A stretch of 50,294 bases of DNA, the filler included, from Circinaria calcarea (lineage: Eukaryota): NCBI GenBank assembly GCA_051942165.1. It is 2 parts of 2 records of this genome, joined end to end, with 100 filler letters (N's around TTAATTAATTAA, not from the genome) between each part and the next. Parts side by side here need not be neighbours in the genome. Positions count along the whole stretch, not along the records: positions 1 to 25,113 come from JAVECS010000096.1; 1 more part is not named here. One strand, written 5' to 3'. Of the stretch, positions 1 to 10,188 are shown piece after piece. A model generated the notes under the pieces. It was not told the DNA's origin. It saw only the letters and a program-made list of their open reading frames with translations, and searched no databases. Each line of letters begins with the position of its first letter. Position 1 is the first letter of the stretch. The position numbers were made by a program, and so were the translations under genes.

Positions 1-190
1 AAGTTATATATACCCGCCGTAGATAAAATATTTATTAATTAGATATTTATTATATTCTCTTAATTATTACCAGATTGGATCGTTTTTTAAATTTTATAAA
101 TAAATTCTTATATAGGTTATTAATGTGTTCCTATAATATATTATATTTAAGGATTATGGAATTTTCTGTATGTTCGTATAACTAGGTAAG
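1..190. repeat. AT-rich, TpA-enriched block at the window edge (probable RIP-degraded repeat or AT isochore boundary)
   Basis: Strongly AT-rich with dense TA/TAA/ATA (e.g. tttattaattagatatttattatatt), changing abruptly to roughly 50% GC genic DNA; no ORF. Confidence 0.55.
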
Positions 191-453
191 AGCAAGAAAG
201 TTCGCTAAAATACTGGTCGGCTTATGTAAGCCCCAACACCGGTCGAGAACTATACACAAACCCTATTCCTATTACCAACCACCTCCACTTTTTAAATTTC
301 TTTTTTGAAAAAAAGGGTTTGTTAATCTCGTCCACCGGTTTTATACCACAAACGTCACAAAAGCCTTTGCAATATTATGACTTGCTTCATCTCTGTGAGC
401 TGCAAAAAATTTCAATACATACACAGGCACAAACTCGCTCAAATCAACCGAAA

Positions 454-1473
454 ATGGCGGGAACCAGCGGTAAGAGACCGGTGAAACTAACCAAGAAGAA
501 CCCCCGCAACAGTATACTGCCAATAATCCAGCTGCTCAAACGGAACGACGCCAGATCCAAGAAGAGGCACGACCGACTCTCGGCCAAGTTGAACCGGATC
601 CTCGAAGCGCTAGAAAGCACAAAGCCAGCTGCGCCGCTCGATCTTCAACCATCCCATTCGACCGACCTCCCAGTCGTTGTGACGAGGCAGCCGCCCAGAC
701 TGGAAGGAACTCCCAAACCAGCCGGGAAACCTATACCGAAGTGTGGTGATAGATCCATCTGCGGCGGCACGAAAACGACGAAAACCCATCACCAGCAGTT
801 CCAGCCCCCATTCTTCTCTCTCCCACCGGAGCTGAGGAACGAGATCTACGATATGGTGCTCGTCTCAGCCCGCCCTATCATGAACCCGTACGACCAAACG
901 GCAAGGATACGGGACGACAGCACCGAACGCATCGGAGACATCAACTCATCCGTCCTCATGACTTGTCGTTTGCTGTACAACGAAGCGTAGTGCATGCTGT
1001 ATCAGAAGAACCTCTTTGTTTTCAGCGACCCTTATGAGGTTTCCCTCTTCAACAACAGCGGAAACCAAGGCTACCATATTTCTTGTGGGAGGTCTCAGCG
1101 GATGGCACGTGTCAGGCTCCGCATTAGCACTCAGGTCTACGGTGACCGTTTCCGGGGCATGGCACAACAAGCAAAGGCTTGGGTGGATAAGGTCTTTGGA
1201 GAAGAAAAAGATTGGGGTGAGATAATTGGACGGCGCCCAAAGGCCAGTTACCTGTTCGCCGGCTTACAAGAACTCACACTTGACTTCTCCACGTGGATGC
1301 TTGGCCAATCAGATCGCTTTCCACCAAGCCTCCTCAAGGCAATAAAGGGGACCGCTTGGAGGTTGCAGAGGTTGACACTTGTTGGACTGGAAGAACACGA
1401 TAGGGTGAAAGAAGAGCTGGAATAGGTGCTGTTGGTAGAACTGCCGCCACGAAAAATAATGGACAGTGAGTAG
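454..1473 (+). pseudogene. Interrupted ORF with an F-box-like (2EXR-type) motif; in-frame TAG at 988-990 and 1423-1425
   Basis: ATG at 454 (MAGTSGKRP). Motif FFSLPPELRNEIYDMVL...SVLMTCRLLYNEA*CMLYQKNLFVF continues in the same frame across the TAG (ORFs 319..990 and 994..1425 share a frame). No splice signals flank the stop. Confidence 0.65.
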
Positions 1474-1678
1474 GTCAGGTGCCACTAACATGTCCTATCT
1501 GGACCTTGGTGAGCCCTGCACAGTCAAAGATTGTTGCTTTGTTAGTCTTTGGACCAGATGGCGTCTTTATATAGTGAGAAATGCATGGCCTTCGAGATGT
1601 AATGTGGGAGAACTTCGTAGCTAGTTTGATACTGGAAATGTATGGTAGTACTCTTCTGTACAAGGCCATTTGAATAAT

Positions 1679-2671
1679 CTATGCATGGGTCCACTCTGGG
1701 GTTTTCTTCTCAGTGAACGCTCTCATACCTAAACGTAGAAGTTTAGTAGAGTCATGGCCTTCACAATGGAAGCAAGCTTACCAATCTTCTGGTCCTGACT
1801 ACCAAAGAGGCCATGGAAAACTCTCCTCTCGTATTCAACCCCTTCCCTGACACCGAGCTCCAGACTCTTGTTCACGACCTCTTTGGCAGCCTTGACTGCA
1901 ACTCTCGAGTAACCGGCAATGGTTGCTGCAGTCTCTACAGCCCCGTCAACACATTCCTGCGGATTGGCGAATACTCTGGCAGCCAGGCCCCATTCACCGG
2001 CCTCCTTCCCGGTAAAGTTCTTGCCTGTCAGAATCAGCTCCATTGCCCTTGTCTTGCCTATAGCCTTGGTCAATCGCTGAGAGCCCCCCGCACCGGGGAT
2101 GATGCCAAGCTTAATCTCCGGTTGGCCGAATTTGGCTGAACCACTGCAATACATTATATCCGCCATCATTGCAAGCTCGCAACCACCGCCGAGCGCGTAA
2201 CCGTTGACAGCACTGATGATGGGTTTCTTGATTTGTGATGTTTGCAGTGACCAATCTTCGATGAAGTCTTCTGTATACGCCTTCGAAAAGGTCAGGTCTT
2301 TCATCTCCTTGATATCCGCACCAGCCGCGAAGGCTTTCTCGCTCCCCGTGATCACCATAGCCCCGATATCTTTATTCTGGTCCAGCTTGCGAAGGGCATC
2401 ATTGAGCTCCACGAATAGAGCAGCGGAAAGCGCATTCATAGCCTTTGGACGATTGAGAGTGACTGAGTAAACACTGACACGTCAGTTCAAGAAGAGAGAC
2501 AGGATAAGCATGCAGAAGTAGGCCATGCATACTCAGACCGACCCCGGGCTTAGGGCTAGACACCAGTAGATTCTGGTAGGTTGGCAGTGATTGTGCGGAA
2601 TAGAAGCGATACAGACGAGGTAGAGGCATGGAGAAGAGCCTCATCGGCCTTATGGAATAGAAGGGTGCCAT
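1679..2671 (-). CDS. echA: Mitochondrial short-chain enoyl-CoA hydratase (crotonase family)
   Basis: Introns 2463-2532 and 1729-1781. Arg/Ser-rich presequence; ITLNRPKAMNAL, AFAAGADIKEM, ALGGGCELAM, FGQPEIKLGIIPGAGGSQRL; C-terminus GMRAFTEKKTPEWTHA*. Confidence 0.95.
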
Positions 2672-3025
2672 GTCTGGTTTCGGTAGCCACCTGGATAATG
2701 GGTGGGCCGTTGGGTATCTCCTCGACTCGATGTCGGTCAATTGCCGAAAGACGTGCACCAAGTCGGCTAGATCACAAGTAGCCTAGCGACGTCGACATTC
2801 CTATGGTACGGACCGTGCAGCGCGCGTGGACCCTGATCAGAATTTCGGCCATCGACACTTTGGTAAATGCCAGCATTTCGCATTCAACCGGTTCTACTCA
2901 ACCCAGCCTTGACAGCATCGCCGCTCGCTACGTCTCCTACAATACTTTGCATGTAGAGTCTGTAAAGACCACATTGTTTGCGCTCCACAGTCCTTTCCGG
3001 CGGCCTACGCCTCCAGCTTGCCACC

Positions 3026-3813
3026 ATGGACTCTGCCGAGCCTGAGCAGACTCCTTTCTCAGCCGTAACGGCGCAAACCTCCAGATTTTCCAGGGTGAGC
3101 TATTCCGTACTTTTCGATAAGAACACTCTACCTCACGTGTGAGGAACTCACTGACAGTGTACAAATCCGTTTAGCAATATCAAGCCTACCTTGATAAATC
3201 CACCCCTTTCACCACGTACCGCTGGGTTGGCACCGGCGCACTCCTCCTAGTCTTCTTCCTGCGGATAGTCATAGCGGAGGGATGGTATATCGGTATGACT
3301 TGCTCTTCTGACACGGCATGGGATTTCTGCTGAAAACGTCATATAGTTTGTTATTCTCTTGGGATCTACCTTCTCAACCTCTTCCTCGCCTTCCTCCAAC
3401 CAAAATTCGACCCTTCCCTCACTCAGGATGAGGGCATCGAGGATGGCGACGCCTCCGCCAGCCTACCTACCAAACAAGACGAAGAGTTCCGACCATTCAT
3501 CAGACGGTTACCAGAGTTCAAGTTCTGGTATTCGGCTACTAGGGCTATTGCCATTGGATTCCTGTGTACGTGGTTTGAGGTTTTCAATGTACCTGTATTC
3601 TGGCCGGTGTTGGTGGTCTATTGGATTATTCTGTTCTGCTTGACAAGTAAGTGCTACCTTCGTTTGATGGTGGGAGGCAAATCGTATGTGTTGTTGCATT
3701 GATAGCTAATATGTCAAGTTACAGTGCGGAGGCAGATTCAACACATGATAAAGTACCGTTACGTCCCCTTCTCTTTCGGCAAAGCAAAATACAATCAGCG
3801 GACTGGGCACTGA
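3026..3813 (+). CDS. RER1: Golgi-to-ER retrieval receptor Rer1
   Basis: Four exons joined by hand: [89 protein letters not shown]. Absent from the ORF track. Confidence 0.95.
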
Positions 3814-4449
3814 GCATGACCGCCAGTATGGCTGCTATGATTTTAGAGACGGCACGGTCGGCGTCCATTGGACCCTGTTTTGCCACCACCCGGGATGTTC
3901 AGGGATTCGGGATATGTGTATATAGTTGTTCTTCTGCTGCATTTTAAAGACGGGGAAGGGAAAATGTTACTTTTTATAATGACCTGCGTATGTTACATTG
4001 TACACGCATTTGGCAAGCATCATCTGAATCATTCTCGCCGTCTATCCTCGGAGTTCCCCTCCCTTCTCCATTTCTTGAAGCTTACTTGGGTTCAGGCCCT
4101 ATTCCGTTCCCCATGGAGCAGTGTCCGATTCAACCGGCCTCATTGTGGAGTTTCGCACTTCTAGGGCTGTCAACCATTTCATTCACCGAGAGTAAAACCA
4201 CTTTCCAGAAACCCTATTGGCCAGGTTCATCAAGTCATTGTCATAGCAAAAATCGTAGCTCCCTAAACGAACGTGATTCAAAGCGTAGATTATATTTCCC
4301 AATGAACTAGGGCCATGTGAGATCATGATATCGAACTGATCTGACGCGAAAACGTGCTGCAGGTCGACGGGGTTGTTTTACTTTTGACTGACAGATACCT
4401 AAATCCACTACGTCCCTGACTGGTACCGTTATTAACTTTTAAGAAATGG

Positions 4450-6340
4450 AAAAGGCTAGGCTCGAAGGGACTAGCCAAACGATTTAGTCATTGGATACAG
4501 CAGGCGTATCCAATGAAAGCGAGCGTATCCGGTGCAAGCTCTCCGGTGCAGCAATTCAGCTGTGTCTGCTCTTTTGAGAGGGAACAACCATAGTGAGAGA
4601 AACGAAAGTCGGGGTCAGTTAAAGGCATAGACGGCAAGTCAGCGTATCCGCGGGCCGAAAGCTTGTTTCTTTTGGGCTGAGCCGAGATGTCATATCCGTG
4701 GGACTGCAAGTAGAGTACGGCCCCAGGATCTTGACTATGAATTACGAGTAAGAATCCCAACGTGGATGAGGAATCTCAGTAGAAGGCGGGTACTGGAGCC
4801 CGAAAAGGGAGAAGGTTTCGAAATGGAGTTGTCCGAACGCAGGGCACGCGAATTTACGAAAGATTGTCGACTTATCCGAGGAAGCGGTTGTTATGATGAA
4901 TATGAATCCATACTCCTCAATAGGAGCATGTCCTCGGACTTGAACAACCAGCCCAATCAGTTTCCTACTAATCGTCCACATCAATCCCACCCGGCAATCT
5001 TCACTTCGCCGGCGTTGCGGAGCAGATGTAGGAGACACTAGATTCGGACCAAGTGTTGAATATCAGCAGTCGCCAAGTAGTTAGAACGGTGTGAAGAGCA
5101 GGGAGTGGACTGGATGAGAAATAGAGGTTTTTGGAGAAGACGTCACAGCGGCTAGCTCACCGAATGGATCAGTCTCTATATGTTAGTTGAACCACCTGCA
5201 TGCAATGCAGCACAAGCTTGGTTGGCTACTTGCCCCTGTTACAAACCCAGTTTCATGCATCCGACGCACACTCAAGCGCCGCTTTTCACCGAAACGCAGA
5301 AGAGGTCTCTTGCTAACCTCAAAGGACGGGAAATGAATGGGCCGCAGAGTCTTGAGCCTGAGAGAGCATTACTCAACAAGGCTCCGTTATCGCTCGAGTT
5401 TGTAGGGTGTGGTAGAGTAACTTCAAAAGAGCATCAACGGGCAGTTACATCCTTGCTCTGCAGACAGCGTTAGGTCGGTGGATGACGATATCGGCCCCGG
5501 TCTACACCTGATAACACCTGAAACTTGGTCCAGCCGTTTGTGTATCTTGACGGATTGTGTGGTGGATGAGCGTTCCGTGGATTCAACCCTAATAGGGGGT
5601 GGGGGTGTTTTTGAGCATGTTTTAATGTCGGCAGGGAGGGAGCTTGCTGCAATGTCCGGGAAAAGCAACCGAGAGCGAGTATACTGTGGTCGCAGGCATA
5701 GCAGATGTTAGCGCGGTTTTCGACCCACTCCGGTATACTCAGCAAAGGCTGTATATGTTCTTTCCAAAAAAGAGGTCTAGAATGGAGGGCATCCTCCGCT
5801 GTATATTCCCGTTTTCTGTATGAGATCAAAGCGTCATTTGGGCCTTCTATGATTATTGCAGAACAACCACGCTAACATTGTTATGGCTGCGAGCACGGTA
5901 CAGGCAGCGAAAAGCTTGACGGCCAACACTAAAGCCAGCTCTGCTATAGAGGCCCTGCAGTAAAAGTAACCACACTTCGGCAAGTTTAGGGCCCTTTGCC
6001 ACGAGACCAGCTGCAAAGTGCGGTCACCGAGGCCAAACTACCTTAGGTAAAGCGGATGACCGTACCGAGGGGATATGGTAGCGAGCTAAGGAGATTGAGA
6101 GGGCGGGGCTCGATTGAATGAGTTGATGGGGGTGGCACTGAGAACCTCCAAGTGGTACCGATGCTTGCGCCTTTGCCGTCGATGCAGAGGGTCTCTATGC
6201 TGCAACGCTTGTGTGGTCTTGTTTTGCAGAATGCAAATCTCAGTGCCGGAAGAGAGATCGATATGGTCTACTTTAACCGGCGGATCGGCGCACTCTGTCA
6301 ATCTCGCCGATGGAACTCGAAATCGCTTCACTGATGGGGA
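4450..6340 (-). ncRNA. Candidate spliced long non-coding (or micropeptide) transcript; ends approximate
   Basis: TATA-like TATAAAT near 6375-6381 and three minus-strand donor/branch/acceptor sets: 6065-5684 (GTACGG/GCTAAC/CAG), 5317-5176 (GTTAGC/ACTAAC/TAG), 5160-5038 (GTGAGC/GCTGAT/TAG). No recognisable protein; several stems. Confidence 0.35.
5876..6036 (-). ncRNA. Candidate intronic box H/ACA-like RNA
   Basis: Long hairpin (6027-6016 pairs with 5977-5966, 12 bp including 2 G-U), H box ATAGCA (5947-5942), second hairpin closed by TGGCT/AGCCA, then ACA (5881-5879) plus 3 nt; about 160 nt, inside putative intron 1. No target identified. Confidence 0.3.
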
Positions 6341-6699
6341 GTGGAATCTGTGGTACCGAGGAGGTTGGGGACGATTTATAAAAGGGGGTGTTTCAGTCAA
6401 GGCAAAGCGATGACAGCCGATGGAGCCCTAATGCACAATAGAATAAGGTAGGGCTTGATTGTGATACGTATCGCCACACAACGCGGGGAAGATCGCTTGC
6501 ATAAGGGAAACGCCATCCAATTATCTAAAAGCACGGAGGACTGGCCACCGTTGATCATCTTATCTCTTTGCACTAGCTCTCAACCCCAAGAGAAGCTTTC
6601 TGTTTTATTGCTGCAACCGAGGTCGTCTTCGATTCTTTCCCACATTCTTTCACAGCATCACCGTGACCGAACTACCGTCGACACCACCCAACACCCACT

Positions 6700-8364
6700 A
6701 TGGTTGCAGACAACAAGCCAGGCACCTTCCGGTATGGAGAGAGACCGGTTTACACCACTTCGAATGGCTGCCCTGTCATGGTATGCCCCTCAGCCTGTGT
6801 GCCTTTGGGAAAAGGAGGGGATACTAAGTAATTTCACAGGATCCCGAGAGCTCGCAGCGCGTCGGACAGAATGGGCCCCTTCTACTCCAGGATTTTCACC
6901 TGATCGATCTGCTGGCACATTTTGATCGCGAGAGGATCCCAGAGCGGGTTGTTCACGCCAAGGGTGCCGGCGCCTACGGAGAGTTTGAGGTCACCCATGA
7001 TATTAGCGATCTGGTATGTTCGACTCTGCTCTCGTCCCTAAAGTAGTACTGACGGTGACCAGACCTCTGTAGATATGTTCAACGACATAGGCAAGAAAAC
7101 AAAATTAGTTGCTCGTTTCTCCACGGTAGGCGGGGAAAAAGGTTCTCCGGACTCGGCTCGCGATCCACGCGGTTTTTCACTCAAGTTTTATACCGAAGAG
7201 GGGAATTGGGACTGGGTGTTCAACAACACCCCGATCTTCTTCCTCCGAGATCCAACGAAATTCCCCATCTTCATCCACACGCAAAAGCGCAACCCCCAGA
7301 CAAACCTCAAAGACGCTACCATGTTCTGGGACTACCTATCAACTCACCAAGAGTCAGCTCACCAGGTCATGCATCTCTTCTCGGATCGCGGAACTCCTTA
7401 CTCTTACCGCCATATGAACGGTTACTCCGGTCACACATATAAACTGACTAAACCTGATGGTAGCTTCAATTACGTCCAGGTCCATTGTAAGACCGACCAA
7501 GGGAGTAAGACATTTACAAACGAGGAGGCAGGTAATATGGCGGCCGAGAATCCAGATTGGCACACCCAGGACCTGTTCAACTCCATTCAAGAAGGCAACT
7601 ACCCGTCCTGGACTTGCTATCTTCAAGTTCTCAGCCCCGAGGAAGCGGAAAGGTTCCGTTGGAATATCTTCGACTTGACCAAGGTTTGGCCTCAAAAGGA
7701 GGTGCCCCTACGGCCCTTTGGAAAGTTTACCCTGAACAGGAATGCTGAAAATTACTTTGCCGAGATTGAACAACTAGCTTTCTCACCTTCCCACATGGTC
7801 CCCGGCGTCGAGCCTTCCGCGGATCCAGTTCTCCAATCCCGCCTTTTTTCCTACCCCGACACCCATCGTCATCGCCTCGGTGTTAATTACCAACAAATAC
7901 CGGTGAATGCGCCGCTCCGCGCTTTCAACCCTTATCAGCGCGATGGGATTATGGCAGTTAATGGCAATTACGGTGCCAACCCTAATTATCCCTCCACCTA
8001 CCGCCATCTCTCGTATAAGCCCATCAAGCCCTCGCAAGAGCATGAGAAGTGGGCTGGTGCTGCTGTCGCACAGCAGTTACCTGTCACGGACGAGGATTTT
8101 GTTCAGCCAAATCTACTCTGGGAGGTCCTTGGGCGTCAACCAGGCCAGCAAGATAACTTTGTCGCAAATGTTGCCGGACATTTGAGTGCTGCAAAGGAGC
8201 CGACCAGGAGGCGGACATACGAGATGTTTGCTCGCATAAATAAAGACCTAGGCGCCAGAATCGAGAAAGCTACGGAAGCAAAAGCACCACATCCCCACAG
8301 CCAGGCTGCCGGACAGGCAAACTCTCGCTTCGGCGATGCGTCTGTCTCACAATCCCGCTTGTAG
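6700..8364 (+). CDS. catC: Small-subunit monofunctional heme catalase, peroxisomal (PTS1 -SRL)
   Basis: Three exons. [31 protein letters not shown] active-site signature, RLFSYPDTH heme-ligand signature, C-terminal SRL*. Confidence 0.96.
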
Positions 8365-8929
8365 ACATTGGCGGAAACCCCGTATACATGGTTGCTTTGA
8401 CGACTCACATGGCAAGGGGGCGAAGTCGAGCAATTTGAAGCCTGATACGATTACCCAATCTGCATAAGCATGTTCTCTGATCTTGGCATTGTTCTGAATT
8501 TTTCTACGATGTATAGTAGCTAGCTAGCTAGAGTTGATAATTCAGAAGCCTTGGAAATTCGTCGTGCCTTCCAGTATGCAAATCAAACATTTGAGCGGTT
8601 AGTTGGAAGCTTTTATCAAACTCCGCCTTTTGTCTTTGTACCTTACGGAATCTAGCCTGGTCGGAGCAACAGATGGATGCAACTGTACTGACATATACCC
8701 TTCGATCTGATATTCCCATTCTAATCATCTACAAGATACCCCGTCTCCACAGAGCTCAGACAAGACATTATGGTGCTTTATGAATATATTGAGAATACGT
8801 AACAAACTCCGTAATAGAGCTATCCATCTAGCCAGAGGGTTTTCAACATTCAAGTATACGTCCACAGCGAGAGGACCAGCATGATCATAGGATTTGACTC
8901 AGACATGGGTATCACAATGCACGCTATAT

Positions 8930-9726
8930 TTATGACGTTTCTGACTGTACAGTTTGCTACAGCCCCGTTCGTCAGTACATGCACTCTTCCCGGAAAGGCT
9001 TCAAGGATAGCACTCACCACCAACCAATCCATGCCCTCGTTTATCCCTCTGCCATCGACGGCCGAACAAGCCACGATACTCCAATTCCGATCCCGCAGCT
9101 CTCCGAGTCGTAAGGCCTCCGATATATCCCCTGCGCCCTTTGCACCCGGCTGATCTTGCTTGTTCGCGAAAACCAACAACGCCGCTTCCTTCAGCTCGTC
9201 TTCGTTCAGCATAGCGGCTAGCTCCTCTGATGCGGTGCTCAGCCGATCTATGTCGGTGGAGTCGATGACGAAGATGACGGCGGCGGTGTTGGCGTAGTAG
9301 CACCGCCAATAGGGCCGGATGGATGTTTGCCCGCCTAAATCCTAATCCGGCGGAGAGACTGTTAGTATAGGGATTCTCGAGAGGCGCCTGTATGGTTCGG
9401 AGCGGGGCTTACCCAGACGTTGAAGTTAAGATTCTTGTAGGTGACGGACTCGACATTGAAGCCGATTGTGGGGATGGTGGTGACCACCTCTCCGATCTGT
9501 GAGAATCTTCCATCAGCCATCTCAGCTCTGAGGACTGGGATCCAGTGACAACGGTACCTTCAGCCGATAGAGTAGCGTGGTCTTGCCTGCATTATCCTGT
9601 CAGAACCTCTTTAGCACGCCATAAATCAGCCAGGTCGCCAATACGTACCAGTCCCAAGATCAGTATCCTAATTTCTTTCTTAGCCCATAGCAGCCCCAGA
9701 AACATGCGTGAGACCGATCCCCCCAT
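8930..9726 (-). CDS. ARL1: ADP-ribosylation factor-like GTPase Arl1
   Basis: Five exons. MG myristoylation site, [34 protein letters not shown] (Arl1-diagnostic), ANKQD; ends QTVQSETS*. Confidence 0.96.
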
Positions 9727-10188
9727 GTTCGTTCACGATGAGGTCTCGAGCCGTTGTTCTCAGCCCTGACGTATGGTGGGAAGAGAAGCGGATATTGCGA
9801 AGGGTGTACTTATAACTATTCCCGTATCGTAAATAACAAGCTCGTTAGGAAAGCAATAGTAACATGTGTATGAGAGGGTTGGGCTTCGTTCTTTGGTGGT
9901 TTGATGACAGACGTCGAAACTCGTTGAAGCTTCCGGATTCGGCAAAAATTGATCCATGGGTCCTTGACAAGATCGACAGCAGGGTACCTGAAATAGATAC
10001 CATCTGAATATATCCGAAACCATTTAGTGAGATTCACTGGATCTACTACGACAAGAGTCTACAACAGGTCCAACCTTCCATAATCTTCAGATTAATGTCT
10101 TACCATCACTTTACGGCTATCAGAGTAAACAGACTTCTAAACCAAAGCCCAGTCAATCTTTCATAGCAGGAGTCCGCTACCATCCAAT

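Noticed and set aside
5584..5593. CAACCCTAAT as a telomerase RNA template
   Set aside because: Only an 8-nt AACCCTAA match on the + strand; a roughly 2-kb TER from here would overlap catalase, and no recognisable TER pseudoknot or P6.1 was found.
5715..5745. CTGAG..ATACCG in putative intron 1 as a TPP riboswitch
   Set aside because: The downstream CUUGAU/AAU/AGCG core is missing and no thiamine gene follows.
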